From a virus, in IMG/VR virus record IMGVR_UViG_3300043395_002359, positions 29,041 to 93,040 of that record: DNA of 64,000 bases; one strand, 5' to 3'. Each line of letters opens with the position of its first letter. Position 1 is the first letter of the stretch. The notes under the pieces are model-generated. The model worked only from the letters and a program-made list of their open reading frames with translations, was not told the DNA's origin and did not search any database. Position numbers and translations under genes: made by a program. Below, piece by piece: positions 9,471 through 20,336 of the stretch.

Positions 9471-10496
9471 ATGGCAAACGTTTATGCTGTTAAGACTGGT
9501 AATTGGTCTGATACGACTGTATGGAACACGGGAGCACTGCCAACGAGTGCTGATGACGTATTTTCGAATAACTTTACGGTTACGATTGATATTGATGTAT
9601 CGGTAAAAAGTATTCGTGAATATGGAGCCTACAATGGCGGTATTTTTACTATAACAAGCTCAAGAACTGTTTCCAGTACTGATGGATTTTTTATCGGAAC
9701 AAATCAGGGTTTTCTAATAGCATTAGCAACGGGCAGGGTTGTAAATCTAATAGGAAATATCGTTACTGGCACTGGTGGCAATGGGCGTGGTGTTTACATA
9801 TATGGAACAGGGGGCACTGTTAATGTAACTGGTAATATCACATCGAATAATCATACCGGCATACTTTTGGGCGAAGGAAATGCAGTCAATGTTACATTAA
9901 ATGTGACTGGCAACGTCTATGGCAGCGCCGGTAGCTATGGATTTGGTATAGATTTCAACAACTCTACAAGTTTTGTTTATATTACAGGCAATCTTTATTC
10001 TGGCCTTTCTAGTAATGGTCAAGGATGTGCGGTGGGTCTTCCCAGTGGTAGTGCTATTTTTGATCACGTTGGAGCCTGTTATCCGGCGAATGGAAATCCA
10101 GCGTTTTATGGCGCGAGTGGTGGCACTACCGTGACTTTAAGCGGACCATTTTACACATCTGTTAATGGAACTCACTCAATTTTTGCACCAACGTGGAAAT
10201 GGAGATCTGGAGTTGTGCCGACTTTCTATCAAGTTCGGACCTCTGATTTGACTACTATTCGTTCGCTTTATACTGCTGACTATGTTGGCGGCAATCCATC
10301 CGTCAGCAATGTCCGTTCTGGTACTGTCTACGGACCCGCCAACGAACTGACCGGCACTTGTGCTGTTCCCGCTGCCGGATCCGTTGCCCTGGGCGTACCC
10401 GTCGATGCTACTACAGGCACCGCCGTGCTGACCATCGATGCCGTCAAACAGGGCTGCAGCAAGGCCGTTGTGCCCGCATTGATTGCACTGGGCTGA
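9471..10496 (+). CDS. Beta-helix-like virion/fibre protein, paralog 2
   Basis: Shares MANVYAVKTGNWSDTTVWNTG and CSKAxVPALIALG with paralog 1. Confidence 0.7.
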   Translation: MANVYAVKTGNWSDTTVWNTGALPTSADDVFSNNFTVTIDIDVSVKSIREYGAYNGGIFTITSSRTVSSTDGFFIGTNQGFLIALATGRVVNLIGNIVTGTGGNGRGVYIYGTGGTVNVTGNITSNNHTGILLGEGNAVNVTLNVTGNVYGSAGSYGFGIDFNNSTSFVYITGNLYSGLSSNGQGCAVGLPSGSAIFDHVGACYPANGNPAFYGASGGTTVTLSGPFYTSVNGTHSIFAPTWKWRSGVVPTFYQVRTSDLTTIRSLYTADYVGGNPSVSNVRSGTVYGPANELTGTCAVPAAGSVALGVPVDATTGTAVLTIDAVKQGCSKAVVPALIALG

Positions 10497-10506
10497 TTCC
10501 GATAAT

Positions 10507-10516
10507 GGAAAACTAT
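10507..10516 (+). promoter_or_regulatory. Putative late promoter (GGAAAACTAT)
   Basis: Motif begins 28 nt before GTG 10535. Confidence 0.65.
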
Positions 10517-10534
10517 TGGGATTGAATCGATTGA

Positions 10535-11365
10535 GTGATTTTTTCGTCCGCTGATATTGCAAAAATTATTGGTGGCGATCCTGTCATCAGGGCCCTAGCT
10601 CGGGTAAAGATCATTGACGGGCGGCCTCCGCTGGAGCCAAGTAATGAGGTAGTAATATATATTAGTCGCTATCCAGTTGCCACGGAATTTCAGGCGACAT
10701 GGACATTATGGATAGTTGACGTAAATGGCGAACCACTTGATCTTGTTACGGCACAGCTAAGAAAGCTGCTGCCCGGTTTCGCCGTATCCGAGCAAGGGAT
10801 AATAATAAAAGCAACTGTAACCGAGCTTAAGTCTAATAAGACAGAGACAAAGCCCGTCAAAAAGGATCGGCCTGAGCAGTCACTCCTGTCGATGCTACAG
10901 GATAAGTTTGACGAACTAAAGCAGTCAATAGACGACAAGTTATTGCTAGTTGGCCCTGGTAGAGCTGGTCGCGATGGATCACCAGGAAAGGATGGAGCGC
11001 CAGGCCGAGACGGACGCGATGGCAAGGATTTAGTAGCAACAGACACTGAAATAGGGGACCTAAAAGATGTTCACGTAAGCGGTGCCGAAAAAGGTCAATT
11101 CTTAATGTTTGACGGCGCCTCATGGGTCGCCAGATTTGTACCGCAACTGATTCGTGCTTCTGGTGGAGGAGGTGGAAGCGGTACTGGTGGCGGAATAGAG
11201 GAGGCGCCTCTTGACGGCAAATACTATGTTAGACAGAATGGCCAGTGGGTTAGTTTAGTAGACGCTTTAACTGGTCTTGTTGAGATTGACGCTGGCGACT
11301 TTACGCTTGGAGTTGCTGAAACCAATAATTCGAATGAGTTAAATGGTGGCGATTTCAGCCCGTAG
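10535..11365 (+). CDS. Virion protein with short collagen-like segment (fibre adaptor?)
   Basis: GRDGSPGKDGAPGRDGRDGKD triplets; EAPLDGKYYVRQNGQWV fibre motif. Confidence 0.65.
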   Translation: MIFSSADIAKIIGGDPVIRALARVKIIDGRPPLEPSNEVVIYISRYPVATEFQATWTLWIVDVNGEPLDLVTAQLRKLLPGFAVSEQGIIIKATVTELKSNKTETKPVKKDRPEQSLLSMLQDKFDELKQSIDDKLLLVGPGRAGRDGSPGKDGAPGRDGRDGKDLVATDTEIGDLKDVHVSGAEKGQFLMFDGASWVARFVPQLIRASGGGGGSGTGGGIEEAPLDGKYYVRQNGQWVSLVDALTGLVEIDAGDFTLGVAETNNSNELNGGDFSP

Positions 11366-11367
11366 CA

Positions 11368-11377
11368 GGAAAACTAA
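11368..11377 (+). promoter_or_regulatory. Putative late promoter (GGAAAACTAA)
   Basis: Motif begins 27 nt before ATG 11395. Confidence 0.65.
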
Positions 11378-11394
11378 TCTGATTCACAGAAAAT

Positions 11395-14300
11395 ATGACG
11401 ACACCTTCGCCTAGGAATCCAATCAGAATTGCCCGTGGTCTGTATGCAGACTTGTTGGCATCACTGAGCGATCTGAAAGAAGGTGAAATCTGTTTTGCAC
11501 AAGATCAAGACGCGCTGTATATAAAAGAGAATGGTGTATTAACCCTGACATCTGGCGGCGTCAGTGCAGCGCTAGTGATGGAAATCACTGGTATTGACCA
11601 AACCGGCGAACCAATGGGTCATGCCGACGCAACGGAAAGCGATATTTCATTCAACAGTGGTAACAGGATATTCGCTATTGCTCCATCTGGAGTTTCGTTT
11701 GATGTTTGGTGCAAAGGCATCAAGCATACATATCTAAGCGAACAGTCTGTTCAGATACCGGACACGACTGGATTGTATTATATCTATTTTGATGAGAATG
11801 GTGTTCTTCATTATCAGACAACATTCTTTGATCTGCAGAATCAGGCACCAACTGCTTATATTTACTGGAATGCCGCTACTGATCAGGCTGTTTATTTTGC
11901 TGACGAGCGTCACGGCATAGTTCTTGACTGGCAGACGCATGAATACTTGCATCGCACCCGTGGTGCTGCATTTGCGCGTGGATTTGAATTAACTGGTTAT
12001 ACGACTGTTGGCGGTGGTGCAGTTGCCGCTGACGCTCAGATCAGTGTTGAAAATGGTACATTTTACGACGAGGATATTCAGGTTGATGTAGTCCACTCAT
12101 CCACGCCGGCGCAGGATACGTGGCAGCAGGACTTGCAGGGCCCTGCATTGATTCCCGTCATGTGGAGGAACGGTACGTCGTGGAGTATTGATACGGCTAC
12201 CGATTTCCCGCTCAAGGCAGGCACCGCCAGGCCGCAGTATAACCTGGAAGGCATTGGTCAATCATGGACTGCCGTTGATATTGATGCAAACAAATACGTC
12301 AATATGTTCGTTATTGCTACGAACAATCTGAATCATCCGGTAATTGCTATTCTTGGCCAGAAACAACACAACAATGCGGCCGATGCTCAGACCGAGACTT
12401 GGAACACAATCAATCTGACTGGATTTCCATCGCTCGAGTTTCGCCCTTTATATCAGCTCACCTATCAGTGCGGCGCATACGGTAACTCGATCTCGGCAAG
12501 ACTCAGGTCTGCTGTTGATCTGAGGTATAACCAGATCGGTGCAAGTTCTAGCGGCGTTGGTGCAACTGGTCCTGTTGGTGCTACAGGAGCCATTGGCGCT
12601 ACCGGCGTTACTGGTGCTGGCGTTACAGGCGCTACTGGTGTAGATGGTCCGACTGGAGCAAGTGGTCCTATTGGACCTACCGGTCCGATCGGTATTACTG
12701 GCGCTACAGGCATTGCCGGTCCTACTGGGGCCAGCGGTCCTACTGGACCGATTGGCATTACTGGTGCCACTGGCGTGGTCGGCATCAGCGGAGCCACAGG
12801 TATTGAAGGTCCAAGCGGCCCAACTGGTGCCACTGGTCTCATCGGCCCCACTGGTGCGAGTGGCCCAACTGGTCCTATCGGCATCACTGGTGCAACCGGT
12901 GTAGTCGGCGTAACCGGACCAACCGGTGCCACTGGTGTCATTGGCATCAGTGGCGCTACGGGCATCCAAGGATCTACTGGTGCTACCGGAGCAACAGGTG
13001 TCATTGGCATCAGTGGCGCTACTGGCATTCAGGGCTCAACCGGTGCCACGGGCGCAACCGGGGTGGTCGGCGTCACTGGTGCAACTGGTGTAATCGGCAT
13101 TACCGGTCCAACTGGTCCCAGTGGTGTTACTGGCGCTACTGGAGTCATTGGTATCAGCGGTGCCACTGGCATTCAGGGCGAGCCTGGTACAACCGGCGCT
13201 ACTGGTGTTGTTGGCGTAACTGGCGCAACTGGCGTCACCGGTGCCACTGGCGTCATTGGTATCAGCGGTGCAACGGGCCCGAGTGGTCCCACTGGACCTA
13301 CGGGACCGATCGGTATTACCGGTGCGACTGGACCAATTGGCTCAACTGGTGCAACTGGACCACTGCCAGAGACTACTACATATACGGCCAGTTCAATCAC
13401 CACAGTCAGTGGTAACTATGTTTCTGGCAGCCTGGCCAGCATCCAAACATATGGCGATTTCAGTACTGGTAACTACTACAGGGTAGATGACTTAGACGCT
13501 ACAGCACCGGCCTACGAGGTGCGGGTTGGCTTCAGTGGTGTTACTCAATTTAATCGTATTGTATTCAACGTAAACTATACAAATACTTCAGCCCACACGA
13601 TTCGGGTTGAATTATATGACTACGTTAACTCTATATGGGTTGAATTTGGTAGATTTTCTGGACTTGCAACATGGACACAGTTCTTGCTTGGTGTTATTGA
13701 TAGCACGAACTTTATTTCTGGTGGCAATGCATCACTTCGTTTCTATCATCAGTCTAGTGGCAATGCGGTCCACCAGAGCCTGTATGACTACGTGGCACTG
13801 GAAGATTCACTCCAGGGTGGCCAGGGCCCTCGCGGTGCTACCGGTGTAACTGGTCAGGTAGGCGCGACTGGCGTTACTGGCGCAACTGGCGTTGCCGGCA
13901 TCAGTGCAAGCGGTCGTATCTGGTACTTCAGTCAGATCAATTCTGATATTACTGGCTACGAAAGCCTGGTACCTGATTCGCCGGATTCTGCGCCGCAGGA
14001 TGACATGACTGCTGTTACTACAAGTAGCAGTGGTGAGGTGTTGATTGAAGAGTTTGCTACCGTTGCTGGTGATCCTGGAATCGAAGAGATTCCCACTGGT
14101 GAATACGAGATCCGTTTTTGGAGCTATGTATCTAGCAACGATGGCGATACGCGTCTTGTATTCCGTGTTTACAGACGCAGTACTGGTGGTACCGAGACGG
14201 AACTGTTCTATGTTATTTCGCCAGAGATTAACGCCACTACTGCTAGCTACTACAATCAAATCATTGTAAATACTCAGCCAAACGCAATCGATCCCACTGA

Positions 14301-15570
14301 CAGGATCGTCACAAAAGTATACGCAAAAACAACTAGCACCAGCAATATTACTGCACACTTTGTTCATTCTGGCAATACACCCAGTTCCTGGAAGACTGCC
14401 ATTACTTTGGGCTATGTCGGCCCTCAGGGTGCCACAGGCCCGACCGGTGTACAAGGCCCGACCGGCCCGATTGGTATTACTGGGGCAACTGGTCCCGAGG
14501 GACCGACTGGCGCTACCGGCGTTGCTGGGCCGACGGGCGCAAGTGGTGTTATCGGCGTCAGTGGCGCAACTGGAGCGACTGGTGTTGTTGGTGTAAGTGG
14601 CGCTACTGGGGTTGTTGGCGTTTCCGGAGCTACCGGTGCTACTGGCGTTGCTGGTGGCACTGGAGCAACTGGTGCAACTGGTGTTGTTGGCGTATCTGGT
14701 GCTACCGGAGTGATTGGCGTTAGTGGTGCCACTGGCGCTACTGGAGTTGCTGGTATCGATGGAGCTACCGGTGCGACGGGCGTTGCTGGTGGGCCCGGTG
14801 CCACGGGCGCTACTGGCGTGGTCGGTGTTACTGGTGCTACGGGTGTTGACGGTGCTACGGGCGCTACGGGCGCTACGGGCGTGGTTGGTGTAACCGGTGC
14901 TACTGGCGTTCAGGGCGCTACCGGCATCCAAGGCGCTACCGGTCCCACTGGCGCAACGGGAGTGGTCGGTGATCCTGGCGCTACCGGAGCGACTGGTGCT
15001 ACCGGCGTCGTTGGTGTTACTGGTGCCACTGGCGTTACTGGTGATCCTGGCGCCACTGGTGCTACTGGTGTTGGAATCACCGGGGCAACTGGTGTTGTTG
15101 GCGTATCTGGTGCTACTGGTGCCACCGGCGCAACTGGCGTTGCAGGGATTGATGGACCAACTGGTGCAAGCGGTCCGACTGGTCCAACTGGTCCAACTGG
15201 TCCGACGGGACCCACCGGAGCTACCGGCGTAACCGGTGTTGCTGCGCCCAAAGCTATTAGCGTTCTATTCCCAACAAACGCAGAAAAGATTGCAATGTTC
15301 TATACGACATCTGCAATTACAATCAGCGCAATTCGCGTTGTTCTGTCTGGTACTACTCCTAGTGTTACGTTCTCAATCAGGCACGGCTCTGATTTCTCGT
15401 TAGCCGGTACGGAGGTTGTGACTGGCGGCACAACGACTACAAACACTACGACTGGTCAAGCGATAACCACATTCAACGCTGCCTCCATTGCCGCCAATAG
15501 TTTTGTTTGGCTGACGACGACTGCTGTTTCGGGCACTGTTAACTCAATTAATGTCTCCCTGCAATACTAA
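11395..15570 (+). CDS. Collagen-like (Gly-X-Thr) fibre protein
   Basis: 1391 aa; two long GAT/GPT/GVT tracts (~12560-13360, ~14420-15240) plus a short one, separated by globular domains. Confidence 0.85.
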   Translation: MTTPSPRNPIRIARGLYADLLASLSDLKEGEICFAQDQDALYIKENGVLTLTSGGVSAALVMEITGIDQTGEPMGHADATESDISFNSGNRIFAIAPSGVSFDVWCKGIKHTYLSEQSVQIPDTTGLYYIYFDENGVLHYQTTFFDLQNQAPTAYIYWNAATDQAVYFADERHGIVLDWQTHEYLHRTRGAAFARGFELTGYTTVGGGAVAADAQISVENGTFYDEDIQVDVVHSSTPAQDTWQQDLQGPALIPVMWRNGTSWSIDTATDFPLKAGTARPQYNLEGIGQSWTAVDIDANKYVNMFVIATNNLNHPVIAILGQKQHNNAADAQTETWNTINLTGFPSLEFRPLYQLTYQCGAYGNSISARLRSAVDLRYNQIGASSSGVGATGPVGATGAIGATGVTGAGVTGATGVDGPTGASGPIGPTGPIGITGATGIAGPTGASGPTGPIGITGATGVVGISGATGIEGPSGPTGATGLIGPTGASGPTGPIGITGATGVVGVTGPTGATGVIGISGATGIQGSTGATGATGVIGISGATGIQGSTGATGATGVVGVTGATGVIGITGPTGPSGVTGATGVIGISGATGIQGEPGTTGATGVVGVTGATGVTGATGVIGISGATGPSGPTGPTGPIGITGATGPIGSTGATGPLPETTTYTASSITTVSGNYVSGSLASIQTYGDFSTGNYYRVDDLDATAPAYEVRVGFSGVTQFNRIVFNVNYTNTSAHTIRVELYDYVNSIWVEFGRFSGLATWTQFLLGVIDSTNFISGGNASLRFYHQSSGNAVHQSLYDYVALEDSLQGGQGPRGATGVTGQVGATGVTGATGVAGISASGRIWYFSQINSDITGYESLVPDSPDSAPQDDMTAVTTSSSGEVLIEEFATVAGDPGIEEIPTGEYEIRFWSYVSSNDGDTRLVFRVYRRSTGGTETELFYVISPEINATTASYYNQIIVNTQPNAIDPTDRIVTKVYAKTTSTSNITAHFVHSGNTPSSWKTAITLGYVGPQGATGPTGVQGPTGPIGITGATGPEGPTGATGVAGPTGASGVIGVSGATGATGVVGVSGATGVVGVSGATGATGVAGGTGATGATGVVGVSGATGVIGVSGATGATGVAGIDGATGATGVAGGPGATGATGVVGVTGATGVDGATGATGATGVVGVTGATGVQGATGIQGATGPTGATGVVGDPGATGATGATGVVGVTGATGVTGDPGATGATGVGITGATGVVGVSGATGATGATGVAGIDGPTGASGPTGPTGPTGPTGPTGATGVTGVAAPKAISVLFPTNAEKIAMFYTTSAITISAIRVVLSGTTPSVTFSIRHGSDFSLAGTEVVTGGTTTTNTTTGQAITTFNAASIAANSFVWLTTTAVSGTVNSINVSLQY

Positions 15571-16247
15571 TGGCCGTAGCACATAGCGCCGCAAGTGAGT
15601 CAACAACCGGCACAGCACCGGCCGTCAGTGTTGCATCGTTCACCTGGACACATACTCAAACAGGTACTCCGCAAGGTGTACTGATATTCGTATATTGCCT
15701 GAACAGTGCAACCGCTACCGCAACATCTGTTACATATGGCGGCATTACGGTTCCGGCAGTAACTGGTGGTTCTACTTCTGATGCCGCCGGTGAGCCTGGA
15801 CGTATTGATACTTATTTCCTGGGATCCGGCCTACCTGCGGGTAACCAGTCGATTATTGTTAACAGGACAAATAATACTGTGCAGATGTATGCAACTGCAG
15901 CAACAGTAACTGCTCTATATAATACGGAAGTTAATACTGCTGGTATCGTTCTGCTCAGTGCCGACCAGGCACTGGTAGAGCAAAGCGTATCAGATGGCTG
16001 GCCAGGCTCCTTCAGCGTGCGTTATGCAGGCACTTATTCTGGTCTGCAGACACCTCCAACTGCCGGTGCAAACAGCACACTGCTGAACAGTATTGACGCG
16101 GGTAACTTCGGTGCTGCAATGGTCAGAGAAACGACTGCCGGCCAAGGCCCAAGAAACGTCGGTCTGACTGGTGGCTCGGACGACGTTGCCGCCGTTCATC
16201 TTGCGATACGCGAGGTAAGACCAAGACGCGTTGTGTTATACACCTAG
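15570..16247 (+). CDS. Virion-associated protein
   Basis: 225 aa, Thr/Ala-rich; TAATG overlap with the collagen gene. Confidence 0.65.
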   Translation: MAVAHSAASESTTGTAPAVSVASFTWTHTQTGTPQGVLIFVYCLNSATATATSVTYGGITVPAVTGGSTSDAAGEPGRIDTYFLGSGLPAGNQSIIVNRTNNTVQMYATAATVTALYNTEVNTAGIVLLSADQALVEQSVSDGWPGSFSVRYAGTYSGLQTPPTAGANSTLLNSIDAGNFGAAMVRETTAGQGPRNVGLTGGSDDVAAVHLAIREVRPRRVVLYT

Positions 16248-16250
16248 ATT

Positions 16251-16260
16251 GGAATACTGA
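16251..16260 (+). promoter_or_regulatory. Putative late promoter (GGAATACTGA)
   Basis: Motif variant beginning 28 nt before TTG 16279. Confidence 0.55.
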
Positions 16261-16278
16261 ATTAGCGATCCTAGCGCC

Positions 16279-16602
16279 TTGAATCCCGCGTCCCTGGATA
16301 TTACTATTCACCAGCGTGCAACGTTCAGGCAGGCGTTTACGCTACCATTTGACTGCACTGGGTATACAGTAGTCGCTCAAGTATGGTCCGAAAAGAGAAG
16401 GTCGCTGCTATTTGAGTTTACTGTTGAATGGATTGATCAGGCTGCCGGCAGTTTTTATCTGGTTGCTGATTACCAGGATACGACAAACATGAAGAAGAAC
16501 GGCATATGGGATTTGATGGTTATTCAACCAAATAACGAGCGGTATTACTGGATTGAAGGCACAGCCATTCTTGACCTTGGCGTAACTGATCCCAATGCCT
16601 GA
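16279..16602 (+). CDS. BppU-N-like adaptor/structural protein
   Basis: [10 protein letters not shown]...DCTGYT...WDL...YWIEG pattern common before phage fibre genes. Confidence 0.6.
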   Translation: MNPASLDITIHQRATFRQAFTLPFDCTGYTVVAQVWSEKRRSLLFEFTVEWIDQAAGSFYLVADYQDTTNMKKNGIWDLMVIQPNNERYYWIEGTAILDLGVTDPNA

Positions 16603-17356
16603 ACTTGATCCTGTTGTAATAACAACCTATGATCAGGTAAACGTTTCGTGTTCCTGTGAGGATCCGCCGCAGATTATTGAACTGCAGGCATCTCCAGTAA
16701 CCGAAACCGTAACTATTGGAGTAGTTGGTCCGCAGGGCTCACCAGGCGCTACAGGCCCCATGGGGCCCACTGGACCAAGCGGAACGATCGGTGTTGATGG
16801 ATCTACCGGGCCAACTGGTCCAAGCGGTCCTACGGGCCCCACAGGCCCCAGTGGCGTTAATGGCCCTACCGGCCCCAGTGGTCCCACAGGCCCCAATGGC
16901 CCTACTGGTCCAGATGGTTCCACTGGACCCACGGGTCCTGTTGGTGCTACAGGCGCTGATGCGCTGTGGAATTTTGTTGGTGAATATAACAATGGCGCTG
17001 ATTACTACCCTGGCGATGTTGTCACCTACAATGGTGGCACGTATTACAGGATAAATGAGCCAAATCCTGGGTACCCGCCGACCGATCCTGCTTATTGGAC
17101 GCCTGTTGCCGAACCCGGAGCATTTGGTGCTACTGGGCCAACCGGTGTTCAGGGTGAGACTGGGCCTACTGGACAAACCGGTGCTACCGGTGTTGGCATT
17201 ACTGGCGCTACAGGAGTTGTCGGCGTTACTGGAGCTACGGGTGTTGTCGGTGCGACTGGTGCAACCGGCCCATCACTCAGGGATAATATCACTACCAGCA
17301 CGGCCGATCCGAGTGGCGGCGTAGATGGCGACATCTGGATTAAGTACACCGCTTGA
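16595..17356 (+). CDS. Collagen-like protein with carbohydrate-binding-like module
   Basis: GPT/GPS triplets around [14 protein letters not shown]...YW; ends [13 protein letters not shown]. Confidence 0.8.
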   Translation: MPELDPVVITTYDQVNVSCSCEDPPQIIELQASPVTETVTIGVVGPQGSPGATGPMGPTGPSGTIGVDGSTGPTGPSGPTGPTGPSGVNGPTGPSGPTGPNGPTGPDGSTGPTGPVGATGADALWNFVGEYNNGADYYPGDVVTYNGGTYYRINEPNPGYPPTDPAYWTPVAEPGAFGATGPTGVQGETGPTGQTGATGVGITGATGVVGVTGATGVVGATGATGPSLRDNITTSTADPSGGVDGDIWIKYTA

Positions 17357-17364
17357 GGTAAAGC

Positions 17365-19815
17365 ATGGCTACTCTGTATGTTGACTATGAAAACGGCAAC
17401 GATAATTATGGTGGCACCAGTTTTGCTCCGCTAGCGCAGGGCGCAAATGGTCGTATTACCAGTACAACTTTTAGTAGCGCTGGTGCGTCGTTCCCGAATG
17501 ATGGATCTCTGATTGGCCAATATTTAAGTATTTTCAACGGTAGTATCTATGCGGTTTACAATATAACGGCCTGGTTATCATCCACTTCGCTTACAATTGC
17601 TGCGATATCTGGTGGTACGGCGCTAGCAGACCAGGCAGTAGATCGTCAATATTTTGTTGGCGGTCGCTGGAAAACACTTACAACTGGAGCAACTACATTA
17701 AGGACACTTCCTGGTGATACTATTCGCGTAAAAGAAAGCGCGGCTCCCACGAACCTTGGTCAAAACGCAACGTGGACTAGCAGCGGCGTATCTCAGAATG
17801 CAAAACAAGTTAATTCAAGCACAAATACTGCTCCAATTTCAATTAACTGCACTGCGCACGGCTATGCCACGGGTGACACAGTTTCGATTTCAGGTCATAC
17901 AGTTAACACTAACGCCAACGGTACTTGGGAAATTATCAGTACCGGCCCAAATACATTTACTCTTAATGGTAGCACGGGAAACGGTGCTGGCGGTGGTGCC
18001 GGTTATGCTTATCTGCGTACTAGCAGTCGAGTTTTGTTAACAACTCCTGTTACTAAAAATATTGCTAGTACCGGTGTACGCAGCGCAGCGTGGACAGGTA
18101 CATCTACGAATGTCACCACTTCACGAATTTCTGACGCCAAAGAAGGAGAGTTATTCGACCGTATCGCAATTAATAGTGTTTTTACTACTGGCAATGCGGC
18201 ATATTGGGCTACAGGCGCCCTTGATCTATCTAGTTATCAGCAAGTAAGTTTCTGGATAAAACAAGAAAGTGGCACGATTGGAGCAAGTGGCTCAATTGAT
18301 TTACGCCTTTGCTCAGATACAACTGGCACGACAGCGATTAACATTATCACAATCCCAAATCTTGGAGCTATTCAATGTTGGACGCCGATAACTGTAGACT
18401 TAGGCGTAAATCTTGGCAGCAATATTCAGAGCATTGCTCTTTACATCAATACTGATAATGGCGCTCAAACTTTTAGTTTTTCTAATATCATTGCCTGTAA
18501 GGCCAGCAGTGCCCCAGATAGCCTAACGCTTACCAGTCTGATTGGTAAAAATACTACAAATGAAACATTTTGGGGCATTCAAAGCATCAATGGTACTCGC
18601 GTAATGCTCGATAACGGCGTATCTTTCTCGCCAGCAAATTCTACTTTGCGTGGATACTATGGTACTAGCGAAACGGTAACAACATGGAAAAGAGAAGCGA
18701 TAAAACTTGGTCCTTTAGCATCTAGCGGATCTGGTTTATCGGGATTTGAAAACGGTATTAACGGTAATCCTACAATATATAGCGGTGGATGGGATAGAAC
18801 CAATATGAATCTACAGACTTCGGAGACCTGGTTTGATGGTTTGAATGGGAGTGGGACAGGATTAAATGCAGATAATTGTAATTGGCTAATATTTGAAAAG
18901 TTTGCATTTACTCGATTTAATGCGAATATATCAGCGTCTTCTGCCTCTTGGATTATTCTTGATATTGTCTCATTAACTAATGCATATTACTACTCGGTGC
19001 TCGTAAACTATTCAAATTACATTACCTTAAATATCGGTTTTATAGTTGCATCAGGCAGTCAAGCGCTTACTGCAACTGGAGGGGTGCGTATTGATGTTAC
19101 AGTCAGTGGTGGTTTTCTCAGTAATGCTCAAATTGCTGTAGCTGATAATAATCCACTTTTATATCTAAAAGGAAGCAATCCATCGGCCTTGATTGCAAAT
19201 AACCTCGCCGGATTTTCTTTTGGTCAAGGACTCATAAGTGCATACATATCTGACCTAGTTATTAGAGATAACAGTGGGTACAGTTTTCTTTTCCCCGCTT
19301 TTGGTTCCTATTATCTTAAAAATGTCGCCTACACTAATACGCTTATTGATCAATCGTATGCAAGTCACATAACAACGTCCCAAAACAATGATCAGACAAT
19401 CGGAAATCACAAAATATTTATGCGTGGCGCTATAATTAGCTCTGCTACAGACCAGTTTCATACTAGCAGTGGGATTAGTTGGAAAATTCAACCAACAAAT
19501 ACAGAACGTAGCGCAAACTATCCGATAATATTTAGTCTTGCTAAAGTTGCATGCGCCGCTAATAGCTTGGTAACAGTGAAAGCCTGGATGCGCCGTGACA
19601 ATAGTGGCCTAACAATGCGACTAGTCTGTAAAGGCAATCAAATCACTGGTGTTACCAATGACGTAAAGTCATCCGTAGTTGCTGTCAATGCCTGGGAGCA
19701 GCTAACCATTGCCTTTACTCCGACTGAAACAGGCGTAGTTGAAATTACTGTTGAAGCTTTTGGTGGCATCACTTATTCAGGTTGGGTTGATGACCTAACC
19801 ATTACACAAGCCTAA
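17365..19815 (+). CDS. Large beta-rich virion/receptor-binding protein
   Basis: 816 aa; LYVDYENGND start, TAHGYATGDTVSISG domain, CBM-like segments. Confidence 0.65.
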   Translation: MATLYVDYENGNDNYGGTSFAPLAQGANGRITSTTFSSAGASFPNDGSLIGQYLSIFNGSIYAVYNITAWLSSTSLTIAAISGGTALADQAVDRQYFVGGRWKTLTTGATTLRTLPGDTIRVKESAAPTNLGQNATWTSSGVSQNAKQVNSSTNTAPISINCTAHGYATGDTVSISGHTVNTNANGTWEIISTGPNTFTLNGSTGNGAGGGAGYAYLRTSSRVLLTTPVTKNIASTGVRSAAWTGTSTNVTTSRISDAKEGELFDRIAINSVFTTGNAAYWATGALDLSSYQQVSFWIKQESGTIGASGSIDLRLCSDTTGTTAINIITIPNLGAIQCWTPITVDLGVNLGSNIQSIALYINTDNGAQTFSFSNIIACKASSAPDSLTLTSLIGKNTTNETFWGIQSINGTRVMLDNGVSFSPANSTLRGYYGTSETVTTWKREAIKLGPLASSGSGLSGFENGINGNPTIYSGGWDRTNMNLQTSETWFDGLNGSGTGLNADNCNWLIFEKFAFTRFNANISASSASWIILDIVSLTNAYYYSVLVNYSNYITLNIGFIVASGSQALTATGGVRIDVTVSGGFLSNAQIAVADNNPLLYLKGSNPSALIANNLAGFSFGQGLISAYISDLVIRDNSGYSFLFPAFGSYYLKNVAYTNTLIDQSYASHITTSQNNDQTIGNHKIFMRGAIISSATDQFHTSSGISWKIQPTNTERSANYPIIFSLAKVACAANSLVTVKAWMRRDNSGLTMRLVCKGNQITGVTNDVKSSVVAVNAWEQLTIAFTPTETGVVEITVEAFGGITYSGWVDDLTITQA

Positions 19816-19820
19816 GAGCC

Positions 19821-20003
19821 ATGACCTATTACGTTCACGCCGTAGAGCAAGACCTGGCTGCCAAGTGGTACGCCAGGGTTGTCATCAGCGAAACAGAAGC
19901 CCAGTTCTTCAAATTCGATCACTTCCCAACCATGGAAGAAATTCAAGACGCAGCCGTGGCTTACGTCGCAATGCAGGAGGCGAACAATGCCCTTGCCGAA
20001 TAA
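19821..20003 (+). CDS. Hypothetical protein
   Basis: 60 aa; its 3' end carries the GGAGG SD for the next gene. Confidence 0.6.
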   Translation: MTYYVHAVEQDLAAKWYARVVISETEAQFFKFDHFPTMEEIQDAAVAYVAMQEANNALAE

Positions 20004-20259
20004 AAACAACCTGCAGACCCTGGATATAGCATATTTAGGGCAACCGTTTGTCGAAGTTGAAGCCCGTAGCCTTAACACCAAATCTCTAGATATTGCCTAC
20101 TTAGGTCAACCGTTTGTTGTAAGCGCCACGGGATTTAACGTTTATGTAAATGCGACAGGCGCATGGAAGCAAGTCAGTGCTATTTACGTTAAAGACAATG
20201 GCACATGGAAGCCGGCAACCGATGTATATGTAAAAGTTGCCGGAATTTGGAAAGCCTGA
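19987..20259 (+). CDS. Small repeat-containing virion protein
   Basis: ATG 19987 after GGAGG; LDIAYLGQPFV x2 and YV(K/N)xxGxWK x3. Confidence 0.7.
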   Translation: MPLPNKNNLQTLDIAYLGQPFVEVEARSLNTKSLDIAYLGQPFVVSATGFNVYVNATGAWKQVSAIYVKDNGTWKPATDVYVKVAGIWKA

Positions 20260-20336
20260 TAAGAAAATTGTGGTAACAATAAATTATCGCAGTCTACTTG
20301 TAGCCCGTTATACTGTGGACAGACTCAGACGAGCGC

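Noticed and set aside
12448-17349. Antisense and alternative-frame ORFs with PVAPV repeats
   Set aside because: Shadows of the stop-poor collagen codons
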